64,000 nt of DNA from a virus: UHGV virus genome UHGV-0144373. One strand, 5' to 3'. This document shows, one piece after another, positions 25,806-36,394 of the stretch (within the stretch, counting starts at the first letter, position 1; each line of letters opens with the position of its first letter). The translations under genes and the position numbers were made by a program. The notes below the pieces were generated by a model. That model saw nothing but the letters and a program-made list of their open reading frames with translations. It did not search any database and was not told the origin of the DNA.

Positions 25806-26292
25806 AGGATTTGGCAATTGCCCTACCTATGGTCATTGGGTATCTTTATGTGGGGAAGTTGACCCCACTAAACATTTTGGCTTTGTCTATTTAGTACACT
25901 GTAAGAAAACCGGACAATATTATATAGGAAAAAAACAGTTTAACAGTGTTACTAAAAGAAAAGTTGCTGGGAAGACCCGTAAGAAGATAGTCACTAAGGA
26001 AAGTGATTGGATGACTTACGAGACTTCTTCTGAGTATATCAAAAAAGATATTGAAAGCTTTGGAAAAGAGTTTTTTGACTTTTACATTATCCAAACCTAC
26101 TACACAAAAGGTGGCCTAGTCTATGGTGAAGCAAACCTTCAACATAAATTCGATGTAATGACAAAAAGAATTGACTCGAAGCTCAGACTCTTCTACAATG
26201 CCAATATTGCAGCAATTAAGTTTATTACTAAAGAAACTTATGAAGATGCTGAAAAAAGAATCAATAAGGTAATGAAAGCAAATTGTGCTTGA
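25795..26292 (+). CDS. putative GIY-YIG family endonuclease
   Basis: GFVYLVHCKKTGQYYIGKK resembles the GIY-(10-11)-YIG motif. Confidence 0.5.
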   Translation: MKIKGFGNCPTYGHWVSLCGEVDPTKHFGFVYLVHCKKTGQYYIGKKQFNSVTKRKVAGKTRKKIVTKESDWMTYETSSEYIKKDIESFGKEFFDFYIIQTYYTKGGLVYGEANLQHKFDVMTKRIDSKLRLFYNANIAAIKFITKETYEDAEKRINKVMKANCA

Positions 26293-26298
26293 CAACTA

Positions 26299-26562
26299 TT
26301 GAGAGAGAATAAAATGTTTAACAAAAGCAAAGCTGTGAGTCATGTAGCAAAAGTTGACAGCAAGATTGAAGAACTTGAGCGCACTCTTGCAAATGCTAGA
26401 GAGTCAATAATTAAAGAAGTTGAAGCTGTTGAATCTCAAATGCAGCACCTAATGCTTAAACGCCAAGAGCTACGTGAGCATCTAGAATATATTGAAACAC
26501 GAGAGCTAAAGGTTAACAAATATTTTAAGGAGTCCGAATGTTTAACTCAAGAGAATCAGTAA
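26299..26562 (+). CDS. hypothetical coiled-coil protein
   Basis: 87 aa ORF. Confidence 0.4.
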   Translation: MRENKMFNKSKAVSHVAKVDSKIEELERTLANARESIIKEVEAVESQMQHLMLKRQELREHLEYIETRELKVNKYFKESECLTQENQ

Positions 26563-27293
26563 AAAACTGGAACCTTCGTTGTGGAAACACTCAAAAGCAA
26601 CCTTACAGTAATGAGTATTGGGAATCTTTGAAATCTCAATCTCTGTGTATGCTTGAAGAAGCAAAAGAGCTTGTAAAAGCAATTGAAGAGAAAGACCCCA
26701 TTGAGACACTGGATGCTCAGGCAGATTTGCAATATGTTCTTGACGGTTTGATTTACCTGTCACAACATGACCATAATGGTGCTATGAAAGCTGTTTGCCA
26801 TAATAATGACCTGAAGTACACAGACGATTATGAAGAAGCTTTAAAACGTCTTGCAGACATTGAAAAGCATACTGGTCAAGAGTGTATTATCAGAATGTCA
26901 GTAGTTGATGGTAAAGAGTGGTATGCGATTGTTCGTGTAGCCGATGGGAAGGTTATGAAGCAATCGAACCTCCCTAAAGTACAGCTTGGTGAATACATTG
27001 TAGAACTTGAAAGCCAAGAACTTTTTGTGGTAGTATCTGAGACATGCGTTATCTGCAAAGGTATTGTAGGTAGCTTAAAGGATTTGGGTGTAGATGGTTT
27101 TGTAGAAGTTAATCCAATTACCTCTAAAGCAGATAAAGACTTCTGTAAAGAGAATGGACTATGGATTGCAGATATTGTCTACTATGATGGTGAGCAGTTC
27201 CATGTAACCTCATACCCGAAACTGAATTATGATGCTAATAACCTGAAGTGCTGGTTAAAAGGGGTTGGTTATAATGGATTCACAGAACATTAA
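26538..27293 (+). CDS. hypothetical protein, possible MazG-like NTP pyrophosphohydrolase domain
   Basis: N-terminal EEAKELVKAIEE ... DLQYVLDGL resembles the MazG EExxE/D motif pair; weak. Confidence 0.3.
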   Translation: MFNSRESVKNWNLRCGNTQKQPYSNEYWESLKSQSLCMLEEAKELVKAIEEKDPIETLDAQADLQYVLDGLIYLSQHDHNGAMKAVCHNNDLKYTDDYEEALKRLADIEKHTGQECIIRMSVVDGKEWYAIVRVADGKVMKQSNLPKVQLGEYIVELESQELFVVVSETCVICKGIVGSLKDLGVDGFVEVNPITSKADKDFCKENGLWIADIVYYDGEQFHVTSYPKLNYDANNLKCWLKGVGYNGFTEH

Positions 27294-27597
27294 TAAAGAA
27301 GATGTGGCTCAGAAGAGCCACTTCTCAAACTACAATATCTCTATGACGGTGTTTATGAATGACCCGTTACTTGAGAAGTATGGTGAGACTCCAGATACAC
27401 TTCTGGATAATGAACAAGTTTTAAAAGCAGTCCTGTACAAATACGGGATTGACATTGAGAAAGAGTATTCTTTTGAAATCTGCCAACACAGGAATACTTT
27501 CGGTAAAGTTGTGATGGCTCCACTCTTTATGGGTGTAGAAAGGACTGACTATGGTTGGTTGTATCTAAAAAGAAACTTGGAGAAATACCGTGTCTAA
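27265..27597 (+). CDS. hypothetical protein
   Basis: 110 aa ORF. Confidence 0.4.
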   Translation: MVIMDSQNINKEDVAQKSHFSNYNISMTVFMNDPLLEKYGETPDTLLDNEQVLKAVLYKYGIDIEKEYSFEICQHRNTFGKVVMAPLFMGVERTDYGWLYLKRNLEKYRV

Positions 27598-27928
27598 AAC
27601 AAAAAAGTTATCTTATGATGACATTATCTCAGGTGCTAAATTAGGTGTTGATAGTATCGGACAAGATGTTAAGCACGGAGACACAGTTATGTACTGTGAC
27701 GACCTAAGAGGCAGAAGTGCAATCTTGTTTGGAAGAATTGTTTGCAAGATACGAGGTAATTACATTGTTGCAGACATGGATGTGAATATTACACAAAAAC
27801 TTGAAACACTTATGGACGATAATACACCATCATGGTTCTCCCTGAATTGTATGCACACCTCTTCAGTCACAAAGGTAAGTGATAAGTTTTACGATATGTG
27901 GCAGAATGAGCAAATTTTCAAGATTTAA
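27590..27928 (+). CDS. hypothetical protein
   Basis: 112 aa ORF. Confidence 0.4.
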   Translation: MSKTKKLSYDDIISGAKLGVDSIGQDVKHGDTVMYCDDLRGRSAILFGRIVCKIRGNYIVADMDVNITQKLETLMDDNTPSWFSLNCMHTSSVTKVSDKFYDMWQNEQIFKI

Positions 27929-27933
27929 ACTAC

Positions 27934-27956
27934 GGAGCCTCTTCGGAGGCTCTTTT
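27934..27956 (+). terminator. intrinsic terminator
   Basis: GGAGCCTC-TTCG-GAGGCTC followed by TTTT. Confidence 0.7.
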
Positions 27957-27974
27957 CACCTGTAGGATTCAAAA

Positions 27975-30209
27975 ATGATTAAGACAATTAAAAAATCAAA
28001 CGGTACAGTAGTAAGCTTTGACCCAGAAAGACTGAATAAGTGGGCATCATGGGCAGATAAACGTGGAATTATCTGGTCAGAAGTCACTATGGAAGCCATG
28101 AAGCGTGTCTATGAGGGTTGCACTACAAAAGAGATGCACCAAGCCATGATTGATGTTTGTGTTGATAAACAAACTCAAGAGTACTCAGATATGGCTGGAC
28201 GGCTACTTCTGGGGATTATCTACAAAGAAGCCTTTGGAGGCTTTACTAAGGTTCCTACTCTGATTACCTTCGTTAAAAATATGGAGAGAGCAGGACTTTG
28301 GGAGAAGATGGATTATTCACAGGAAGAGCTTGAATATCTGCAAGGTTACATCGTACACTCAAAAGATATCTCTTACGGCTATGCAGTATTGAAACAGTTC
28401 AGAGACAAGTATGGTATCCGTGATATTAAAACTGGAAGACTTTTTGAGTCACCACAATTTATGTTTATGGGTATGGCTATGAAAGCCTTTGAGAAGCAAC
28501 CAAAGCACCGTAGACTGCAAGATGTTATCAAGCTGTACACTTACCTATCTGACCTGAAGATTAACGCTCCTACGCCTTATTTAAACGGTTTAAGAGCCAC
28601 CAAGTCAGGCTATGCGTCATGCTGTTTGATTAAGGCAAATGATACTGCCGAATCTCTCGGTATTGCTGCAAAGGTTGCTTATGATATGACTACAAAGCAA
28701 GCTGGTATTGGTATGCTGATGGAGACACGTACTATTGGTGATGGTATCCGTCAAAATACAATTGAGCACATGGGTAAACTACCTTATTACAAGCTTGTAC
28801 GTTCATCTGTAGAGGCAAATAAACAGAAGAGTCGTGGTGGTTCAGCTAATAACTTCTACACTGCTCTAGACCCGCAGATTGAAGATTTACTGCGTTTGAA
28901 GCACCCTACAACGGTTCCTTCTAAACGTATTAATGAGATGGACTACTCATTCGGCACAAACGATTACTTCTGGCAGTGTGTTCAGTATGATACAGATTGG
29001 TTGCTATTCTCTTACAAAGATGCACCAAAACTCTATGACATGTTCTACACAGCATCTGCTGATGAGTTTGCTATGGCAGTTGGTCACGCAGTACATTCAG
29101 GAGTTAAGCACAGACGAGTAAAGGCTCGTGAAATTGCTAAGCTGTTTATTCAACAGCGTTATGCTACAGGTCGTGTGTATCCATTCTTCACTAACAATGC
29201 AAACACACATACACCATTTAAAGAACCATTGAAGATGTCAAATCTTTGTATGGAAATTGTGTTGCCAGTGTATGGTTTTGAGAAAGAGACAGACCTTTAC
29301 AGAGATGATGCTGTGAAAGAGGATGGTGAGGTGGCTCTTTGCTTCCTAGCTAGTTTGGTTGCAGGGAGAATTTCAGAAGATGAATACGCTGACGTTGCTT
29401 ATTATGCTCTTGCAATGGTTGACTCCGTTATTGACCTTATGGATTATCCGTATCCGTCGATGCGCAACCATGTTCAGAAGCGTCGTTCTGTTGGGATTGG
29501 CCTTACAAATGTGGCTCATTACCTTGCGAAGAACTATGTGAACTACTCTTCACGAGCAGGTAAAACGAAACTTCATGAACTTGCAGAGATGCACTCTTAC
29601 TATCTGCATGAAGCTTCTCTGAGACTTGCTAAAGAGCGTGGCGTTCCAGAGTACATGAAGTTCACTAAGTATCCTGAAGGCTGGGTTCCTCCAAAGACAG
29701 CTAACCAGAAGATTGATGAAAAGCATGATGCAAAACTACGATATGATTGGGATGACTTAGCACAACGTATCAAAGAGAATGGTGGAATCCGAAACTCTGT
29801 ATTAGAAGCTTACATGCCTAATGAGAGTTCTTCACTAGCAACTAATACGACAAATGGCTTGTACCCAATTCGTGACTTTATTTTAACTAAAAAGTCTGCA
29901 ACTGGTAACGTACTGTTTATTGTTCCAGATTATGAAGAGTTGAAGTATGTTTATGAAATTGCTTGGGATATTGACACCTTTGATATGATTGATTGTTATG
30001 CAATTGTTCAAAAGTTCACTGGTCAAGCTATTTCTTCAGACTTCTATGTTGACTATGCAAAGTCTAAGAAGGTATCATTGGCTCAAGCTTTGAAGTACAT
30101 GATTTATGCCAACTCGGTAGGTATGAAAACCATGTACTACCTTAACAGTCGCATTGGTGTAGGTAAATCTGCACTGCAAGATGCTTATTGCGAGGGTTGT
30201 GGTGTTTAG
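27975..30209 (+). CDS. nrdA: ribonucleotide reductase class I large subunit
   Basis: 744 aa with active-site NLCMEI and C-terminal cysteine pair CEGC. Confidence 0.9.
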   Translation: MIKTIKKSNGTVVSFDPERLNKWASWADKRGIIWSEVTMEAMKRVYEGCTTKEMHQAMIDVCVDKQTQEYSDMAGRLLLGIIYKEAFGGFTKVPTLITFVKNMERAGLWEKMDYSQEELEYLQGYIVHSKDISYGYAVLKQFRDKYGIRDIKTGRLFESPQFMFMGMAMKAFEKQPKHRRLQDVIKLYTYLSDLKINAPTPYLNGLRATKSGYASCCLIKANDTAESLGIAAKVAYDMTTKQAGIGMLMETRTIGDGIRQNTIEHMGKLPYYKLVRSSVEANKQKSRGGSANNFYTALDPQIEDLLRLKHPTTVPSKRINEMDYSFGTNDYFWQCVQYDTDWLLFSYKDAPKLYDMFYTASADEFAMAVGHAVHSGVKHRRVKAREIAKLFIQQRYATGRVYPFFTNNANTHTPFKEPLKMSNLCMEIVLPVYGFEKETDLYRDDAVKEDGEVALCFLASLVAGRISEDEYADVAYYALAMVDSVIDLMDYPYPSMRNHVQKRRSVGIGLTNVAHYLAKNYVNYSSRAGKTKLHELAEMHSYYLHEASLRLAKERGVPEYMKFTKYPEGWVPPKTANQKIDEKHDAKLRYDWDDLAQRIKENGGIRNSVLEAYMPNESSSLATNTTNGLYPIRDFILTKKSATGNVLFIVPDYEELKYVYEIAWDIDTFDMIDCYAIVQKFTGQAISSDFYVDYAKSKKVSLAQALKYMIYANSVGMKTMYYLNSRIGVGKSALQDAYCEGCGV

Positions 30210-30522
30210 TTTTAACAACTATGAGGGTCGTAAAAGACCCTCTAAAAATAACTTTGGAGAGACCATGAAAGATTTAATAGAAAAACATGAGCGGCCTATA
30301 TACTTGCTCCACAAGCCTCGGAAAACGATGTACTATGTGAGTAGCACAGACATGATGATAAAACAAAATGATGACTCATGGGTTGCTGGTATCTCTTACA
30401 TCTCTACAGCAGATGGTAAAATCTACGCAAGACCTTATGAGATGTTTAACAAAGAAAATTGGGAAGTTTTAGACAGAAAACAAGCCTTAGAAATGATAAA
30501 GAAAGGAGAAATCACGCTATGA
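30181..30522 (+). CDS. hypothetical protein between nrdA and nrdB
   Basis: 113 aa ORF overlapping both neighbours. Confidence 0.35.
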   Translation: MLIARVVVFSFNNYEGRKRPSKNNFGETMKDLIEKHERPIYLLHKPRKTMYYVSSTDMMIKQNDDSWVAGISYISTADGKIYARPYEMFNKENWEVLDRKQALEMIKKGEITL

Positions 30523-31592
30523 TTAACCAGCACCCAATCTTTTTAGGTGGTGAGAGAAAAACTTTTGACTCACTTAATAAGCACTACCCAAAAATCTTTG
30601 AACTTTATAAGCAACAAAAAGCACAAGACTGGTCAGAAGATGAGTTCCCTTTTGAACAATCACGTCTTGATTTTGAGAGTGTCCCAGCATCAATGTCAGG
30701 TGTAATGCTTGAGATTCTTAAGTGGCAATGGGAAGCAGACACTCAAGTTGCTAAGAGCTTGGCATTTGCCTTTGCACCATTTATCTCTGATGACATCTAT
30801 GCAACTGCAATTATGAAGCAGTCTGAGATTGAAAACCTACATGCCCTCACTTACTCGGAGATTGTAAGGCAATGTATTAAAAACCCTGAAACAATCTTAG
30901 ATGAGATTAACCAGAATGTTGCTGTGCAAGAACGATTAAAAACTGTGAATCGTGTTCTTGAAGAATTACTGGATGAAGGCATAAACTATCGGCTGAGTTA
31001 TGTCCGTGACTCACTTCTGGACAAAGACCCTTTACACTTCCATAAAGTGATTCTGAAAGGGCTGTTTGCAGTGACTGCACTTGAAGGTATATCTTTTATG
31101 GCATCCTTTGCATGTACTTTTGCACTTGATGCTCAAGATAAATTTCAGGGTATTGCTCAAGCTGTCCAGAAAATTATGCTTGACGAAATCCTTCACACTA
31201 AAATTGATATTGAAGTTTTAAAAGAAACTTTAAGAGATGATGAGTGGCAGAAAGCTTTTCAACAAATTCTTCCAGAGATTAAAGTAATCTTAGATGAAGT
31301 AGTTGAAAGTGAAGAGAAATGGTCGTATTATATCTTCTCCGAAGGACGTGCTGTAGTTGGCTTAAATACAAAGCTTCTTCATGAGTGGGTTTACTATAAT
31401 GCTGCCCCACTGTATGATATGTTTGGCATTCCCAGAGATTTTGTAGCTCCTAAAGAACCACCTTTGAAGTACATGATTAAGAAGATGGAAATTGATAAAG
31501 AGCAGAATGCTAATCAGGAGCAACAGAATGGTGCGTACCTATTGAATACTGTTGTAGATGATTTGAATAGTGGATTTTTAGAGGTTCCTTAA
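30519..31592 (+). CDS. nrdB: ribonucleotide reductase class I small subunit
   Basis: Ferritin-like helices with iron ligands (for example MLDEILH); start set at the ATG at 30519 with AAGGAG 10 nt upstream instead of the ORF-track start at 30459. Confidence 0.85.
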   Translation: MINQHPIFLGGERKTFDSLNKHYPKIFELYKQQKAQDWSEDEFPFEQSRLDFESVPASMSGVMLEILKWQWEADTQVAKSLAFAFAPFISDDIYATAIMKQSEIENLHALTYSEIVRQCIKNPETILDEINQNVAVQERLKTVNRVLEELLDEGINYRLSYVRDSLLDKDPLHFHKVILKGLFAVTALEGISFMASFACTFALDAQDKFQGIAQAVQKIMLDEILHTKIDIEVLKETLRDDEWQKAFQQILPEIKVILDEVVESEEKWSYYIFSEGRAVVGLNTKLLHEWVYYNAAPLYDMFGIPRDFVAPKEPPLKYMIKKMEIDKEQNANQEQQNGAYLLNTVVDDLNSGFLEVP

Positions 31593-31834
31593 TGACTTAT
31601 ATAATTTACTCCAAAACTGGATGCCCTCAGTGTGAGACTGCAAAGAATTTTGCAAAAGCTCGTGGTATTGACCATGTTGTAAGAATGTTAGGGCAGGACT
31701 ATGAACTATCAGACCTGATGGATATTGCACAGATGCCAGTTCGTCAGATGCCATTCATCATGAAAACTGATGGACAAAACCTAAAGCCTGTTGGTACGCT
31801 ACAGAATTTTATGGCAGAGGTGAATAATGCTTAA
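31592..31834 (+). CDS. glutaredoxin-like protein (NrdC/NrdH-type)
   Basis: 80 aa with CPQC active site in a thioredoxin-fold context, directly after nrdB. Confidence 0.7.
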   Translation: MTYIIYSKTGCPQCETAKNFAKARGIDHVVRMLGQDYELSDLMDIAQMPVRQMPFIMKTDGQNLKPVGTLQNFMAEVNNA

Positions 31835-32033
31835 ACGCATTTGGGAAGGTTTGGTTGTTGATGCACCAGCTATTGTGATTGGTATGCTGATTGTTAACCT
31901 ATTTACTGACTTTGAACAAGGTTCATTGTTTGGAGCCATGTTACTATGGGTTATCTTCGAAATATTAGAGATACAGTTAGGTATCACTGAAAAGCTAAGA
32001 GAACTCTTTTCGAAGTTTTCTAAAAAGATTTAA
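31827..32033 (+). CDS. small membrane protein
   Basis: 68 aa, hydrophobic. Confidence 0.35.
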   Translation: MLKRIWEGLVVDAPAIVIGMLIVNLFTDFEQGSLFGAMLLWVIFEILEIQLGITEKLRELFSKFSKKI

Positions 32034-32041
32034 AATGAAAT

Positions 32042-32062
32042 GGTCTCTTCGGAGACCTTTTT
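32042..32062 (+). terminator. intrinsic terminator
   Basis: GGTCTC-TTCG-GAGACC followed by TTTTT. Confidence 0.7.
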
Positions 32063-32081
32063 AGCATGTAAAGGGGCAATA

Positions 32082-34226
32082 ATGAACAAAGTACAGATTA
32101 TTAAAAAGAATGGCTCACTCGAAGAACCTGATATCAAAAAAGTTTTAGTAGCAGTCACAAAGTCAGCTAACAGAGTTGGTTATAAAGAGCTTCCACCAGA
32201 TGTTACTCAAGCTCTTGAGTCAGCATTTATGAGGATTCTGGTAAAGTCCACTAAACAGAATAATTTGCTAATTTCGGTAAATGATATTCACAGTATTGTT
32301 GAGGGTGCTTTGGCAGAAGTCAATCACGAAATCTATGAGTCTTACTCAACATATAGAAATTACCGTAAAGAAGTTGCTCAAAATTGGGATGAACTCTACC
32401 AGAAGACCAGAGATACACTCTTCTTAGGTGACAGAGAGAATGCTAACTTTGACAGCAGTTTAATTTCTACAAAAGGTTCAATTATTCGTGGTTATCTGAC
32501 TAAAGAAATCTTTAAACAGTACCATTTAACACCAGAGGAACTTGAAGCCATTGAAAAAGGGTTTATCTATATCCATGATTTAAGAGACCTAATTTTTGGT
32601 GGTATCAACTGTTGCCTGTTTGACATTGGTAAAGTCCTGAAAGGTGGCTTTGAAATGTCTGGCATCGAATATTGTGAACCGAAGTCTGTGCTGTCGGCCT
32701 TACAGGTTATTGGTGACGTAGTTCTTTCAGCAACTGCACAGCAATTTGGTGGTTTTACTTTAGCAGAGATTGATAAGGTACTTGTGCCGTATGCTAAGAA
32801 GTCTCTACGCTATCATGCTGAGAAAGCAGCATCTTATGGTATTCCTAAAGAACATTACCACAATTATGTCATGGAGCAGCTACAGCTTGAATTAACTCAG
32901 GGTTTCCAGTCACTCGAAATGAAACTAAATACTGTACCTTGTAGCCGTGGTGATTTTGCATTTACAACTTTGACATTTGGATTACTTGACTCAGATATGT
33001 CTAATGAAGACAACCGACTGCAATACATGATTGCAAACACCATTCTTGATGTTCGCATGAATGGACAAGGTAAGAGCAAGAAGCCTGTTGTATTCCCTAA
33101 ACTGGTTTATATTCATGACCAGAAGAGACACGATGAGGATATCTGTCAAGGCCAACTGTACAGCAAAGCTATTGAGTGTTGCTCTAAAGCGATGTATCCA
33201 GATTTCTTAAGTGTATCTGGTCATGGTGCTGTAGCAGAAGCTTTTGAGCGTTCTGGCAAGGTAATTTCACCGATGGGTTGCAGAGCTTTCTTATCCCCAT
33301 ATCTTAACGAGAATGGAGAAGAGTTCTACGTTGGTCGTGCTAATATTGGTGCTGTATCTTTGAACTTACCAATGATTTACCAGTATTCTAAAGAGAATGG
33401 TTTAGATTTCTGGAAAGAGCTTGATAAGTACCTAGAAATGATTCGTAGCTTCCATAAGAAACGTTACGAAATGATTGCCAATATGCCAGCAAGTTCTAAC
33501 CCTCTTGCATTCACACAAGGTGGTCTGTATAAAGGGACTAAGAAGCCTACTGACAAGGTTGGTTGGGATATTGTGAAGTCCTTCACAGCTTCTTTTGGGG
33601 TTACTGCTCTTGATGAGTTATCTGTTCTTGCTGAAGGTAAACGACTTCATGAAGTTGGAAGTTCTAGTTTTGCATACGATGTTCTGGCATACATTAACAT
33701 GAAAACTGAAGAGTTTAAGAATGAAGATGGCTTCCTGTATGCAGTATATGGCACTCCAGCAGAGTCATTGTGTGGAACTCAGCTAAAACAGTTCAGAGAT
33801 ATGTTTGGTGTTATTAAAGGCGTTTCTGACAAGGAATACTTTACAAACAGTTTCCATATGAATGTTGCAGCAAACATCTCACCATTTGAGAAGCAGGACT
33901 TAGAAGAGCCATTCTTCCATATCTGTAGAGGTGGCAGAATCCAGTATGTAAGGGTAGCTAACCCAGAAAACTTACCAGCACTTAAAAGTTGTATTACCAG
34001 AGGGATGTTGAAGGGTTTTTATCAGGGACTTAACTTTGACTTAGCAATCTGTGAACATTGTGGTAACAGACCAAAGGCTGATGTGGAAGAATGTGAGGTT
34101 TGTCATTCACACGATATCTCTGTGATTAACAGGGTGTGCGGGTACTTGTCATTCACAAAAATTAAAGGTCAGTCTCGAATGAATGACGCTAAGATGGCAG
34201 AAATTAAGGATAGAGTTTCTATGTAA
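32082..34226 (+). CDS. nrdD: anaerobic ribonucleotide reductase (class III)
   Basis: C-terminal glycyl-radical motif RVCGYLS and zinc site CEHCG ... CEVCH; start moved to 32082 (AGGGG upstream) because the ORF-track start at 32040 lies inside the terminator hairpin. Confidence 0.9.
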   Translation: MNKVQIIKKNGSLEEPDIKKVLVAVTKSANRVGYKELPPDVTQALESAFMRILVKSTKQNNLLISVNDIHSIVEGALAEVNHEIYESYSTYRNYRKEVAQNWDELYQKTRDTLFLGDRENANFDSSLISTKGSIIRGYLTKEIFKQYHLTPEELEAIEKGFIYIHDLRDLIFGGINCCLFDIGKVLKGGFEMSGIEYCEPKSVLSALQVIGDVVLSATAQQFGGFTLAEIDKVLVPYAKKSLRYHAEKAASYGIPKEHYHNYVMEQLQLELTQGFQSLEMKLNTVPCSRGDFAFTTLTFGLLDSDMSNEDNRLQYMIANTILDVRMNGQGKSKKPVVFPKLVYIHDQKRHDEDICQGQLYSKAIECCSKAMYPDFLSVSGHGAVAEAFERSGKVISPMGCRAFLSPYLNENGEEFYVGRANIGAVSLNLPMIYQYSKENGLDFWKELDKYLEMIRSFHKKRYEMIANMPASSNPLAFTQGGLYKGTKKPTDKVGWDIVKSFTASFGVTALDELSVLAEGKRLHEVGSSSFAYDVLAYINMKTEEFKNEDGFLYAVYGTPAESLCGTQLKQFRDMFGVIKGVSDKEYFTNSFHMNVAANISPFEKQDLEEPFFHICRGGRIQYVRVANPENLPALKSCITRGMLKGFYQGLNFDLAICEHCGNRPKADVEECEVCHSHDISVINRVCGYLSFTKIKGQSRMNDAKMAEIKDRVSM

Positions 34227-34235
34227 AACTTGACA

Positions 34236-34275
34236 AGGTGATGTGGGTCTTGATAGGCTTACATCACCTTTTTAT
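34236..34275 (+). terminator. intrinsic terminator
   Basis: AGGTGATGT ... ACATCACCT 9 bp stem followed by TTTTT. Confidence 0.65.
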
Positions 34276-34288
34276 TTGGAGTTACATT

Positions 34289-34624
34289 ATGGACTTGTGG
34301 CTTTATGTAGCAGTTTGTGGGATTGTATGTCTGATAATCTTATTTATTCTTGGAATAATGCGATTTAGAGACATCATACAGTCAGATTTTTTGCCTGAGT
34401 TTGCCATGATGGTTGGAGTTATTGCACTTTGTGTCTTGGCGGTGTTCTATTCATACAAAACTGTGATACGGATGAAGGCAAACAATTGTGTAAAAACTCA
34501 TCAACATCGTGAGGTTACTTATTTTGTGAGTGTACTTAGTGGGAACACCACTGTACTTGTCCCACAAACTTCTGTAGAGTATCTTTACACATGTGATAAT
34601 GGTAAAACTATATGGTGGAATTAA
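34289..34624 (+). CDS. small integral membrane protein
   Basis: Two hydrophobic helices; start moved to the ATG at 34289 (GGAG upstream) because the ORF-track start at 34238 lies inside the terminator. Confidence 0.45.
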   Translation: MDLWLYVAVCGIVCLIILFILGIMRFRDIIQSDFLPEFAMMVGVIALCVLAVFYSYKTVIRMKANNCVKTHQHREVTYFVSVLSGNTTVLVPQTSVEYLYTCDNGKTIWWN

Positions 34625-34827
34625 CAATGACAACAATCTTAAAGGTATTGACACCCATACTACACATAGTAATCTTCTTCTTTGGTGTTAGTGTTATGGT
34701 ATGGGGTTTTTCAGACCCACAATGGAATTTCTCATATCATGGTAAGATGGATTTATGGTCATGCTTCAAACCATTTTTAGGGTTAGCTATAGCATTCAGT
34801 GCATTACCAACTAAGGCGAGATTATGA
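34612..34827 (+). CDS. small membrane protein
   Basis: 71 aa, hydrophobic. Confidence 0.4.
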   Translation: MVELTMTTILKVLTPILHIVIFFFGVSVMVWGFSDPQWNFSYHGKMDLWSCFKPFLGLAIAFSALPTKARL

Positions 34828-35219
34828 TTAAGTTGAACCAAAAACAGTTAGAGTGGATTAAAGATTACGCCTCAGAGTGTGGCTCTTGCGAAAAGAATCA
34901 CGTAAGATATTCAACATTCCATACGACCTTCACATTGTACATCAGCGACAACGTTCTAAGTGATTCTGTAGAAGATGGTGTAGCATTGCCTAATGAATTG
35001 CTTGACAAATTAGCTGTAGTCACTGGAACTTGGTCTGAAGAAGACGGTCATGAACTATCTAACGATGTTGCCTTCTACAGTCTTGAAAACATTATGAATC
35101 CAGAGTACATTATGCTAATGACTTGTGCACAAGACTGTGTGCCATTACAAAACTTTATTAAAGAGCACTGTGAAGAGTTTATTACTAAACAGGTTCCTTG
35201 TCAGGTGGTATTTGAATGA
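34824..35219 (+). CDS. hypothetical cysteine-rich protein
   Basis: 131 aa, contains CGSCE. Confidence 0.45.
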   Translation: MIKLNQKQLEWIKDYASECGSCEKNHVRYSTFHTTFTLYISDNVLSDSVEDGVALPNELLDKLAVVTGTWSEEDGHELSNDVAFYSLENIMNPEYIMLMTCAQDCVPLQNFIKEHCEEFITKQVPCQVVFE

Positions 35220-35515
35220 GCAAAACAATTCGAAGAAAAGGTTTAAAGAACGTTCATGGACTTTATGAGTGGAGAAATGAGGTACGTAACAGAGAAAATG
35301 CTTCAGAGGTCTACTACCACTCTGATATGATGTCCAGAAAAGGTGGCTTTTACGACTTCACAAGTCAGCCTTGTAGAGAAATTAAGAAGGCTACTAAACG
35401 TCTTACAAGAACACAAATAAGGCAGCTTTCTAAGACATCCTTCTTAGATGAAGACTTTGACATTGATAGTAAGTCTCCAAAGAAAGCTGCTAAGAACACT
35501 TATATGTATTGGTGA
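35216..35515 (+). CDS. hypothetical basic protein
   Basis: 99 aa. Confidence 0.45.
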   Translation: MSKTIRRKGLKNVHGLYEWRNEVRNRENASEVYYHSDMMSRKGGFYDFTSQPCREIKKATKRLTRTQIRQLSKTSFLDEDFDIDSKSPKKAAKNTYMYW

Positions 35516-35524
35516 GGTAACTAG

Positions 35525-36010
35525 ATGAATTACATGGAGATTAGACCATTTGACACAGCTAATGGTGAAGGGGTTCGTGTAAGCCTCTTCGTAGCTGGTT
35601 GTAAGCATCACTGTGAAGGCTGCTTTAACAGGGAGTCTTGGAAGTTTAATGCTGGTAAAGAGTTTACTTATGCAAACCTCTATGGAATCATCCAGCTAAT
35701 GGGTGATAATGCTATCAGTGGGTTGTCAATACTTGGTGGAGAACCTCTGGATGATAGAAATATTCGAGAGGTCACCAATATATGCAAACGTATTAAAACT
35801 ATTTATCCAGAGAAATCTATATGGCTCTGGACAGGTTTTCAACTACACGAAAAAATTCACCTAGATGTGATGAAATATGTTGACGTGGTGATTGATGGTA
35901 AGTATGATTCATCTAAACCCACAGTTAAACCATATCGTGGTTCTGATAACCAAAACCTCTGGAGAAAAGAGTATGGGTGGCAAGGTGATTGTCAGTGGAG
36001 AGCCGAGTAA
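35525..36010 (+). CDS. nrdG: anaerobic ribonucleotide reductase activating protein (radical SAM)
   Basis: CKHHCEGC (CxxxCxxC) radical-SAM cluster motif in a 161 aa product, the size of T4 NrdG. Confidence 0.8.
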   Translation: MNYMEIRPFDTANGEGVRVSLFVAGCKHHCEGCFNRESWKFNAGKEFTYANLYGIIQLMGDNAISGLSILGGEPLDDRNIREVTNICKRIKTIYPEKSIWLWTGFQLHEKIHLDVMKYVDVVIDGKYDSSKPTVKPYRGSDNQNLWRKEYGWQGDCQWRAE

Positions 36011-36134
36011 GTCTCGTCATAAAGTAGGTTATCGGTAAAGGACACTTTACAATGTTCTACAGAACAAACTTAACCGTTTGTGTCACTGAAAAAGAACTTA
36101 AAACATTTTGTGAAAATATTGAGAGAGATACGAA

Positions 36135-36392
36135 ATGGGACTCTGGAACAGTTTTAAATCAAGAGTAAAAGCAGCACTAGCCTCATTAGGTATGCTCACT
36201 GGCGTTGATGTGACTCATCTTATGCAGAACTTTAAGATGGATGAGAAGCTGGCTAATGAGATTATGAAAAGTATCTATGTAGGCCGTGGTAAAGGTGGTA
36301 AGAAACAAGCCCACCGTCCGTCTGGTGCAGCAGCTATTAAACGAGCAGCTAAGAAAGCTCGTAACCGTAAACGTAATAAGAAGGCTAAATAA
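36135..36392 (+). CDS. small protein with highly basic C-terminal tail
   Basis: C-terminus AAKKARNRKRNKKAK. Confidence 0.4.
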   Translation: MGLWNSFKSRVKAALASLGMLTGVDVTHLMQNFKMDEKLANEIMKSIYVGRGKGGKKQAHRPSGAAAIKRAAKKARNRKRNKKAK

Positions 36393-36394
36393 TC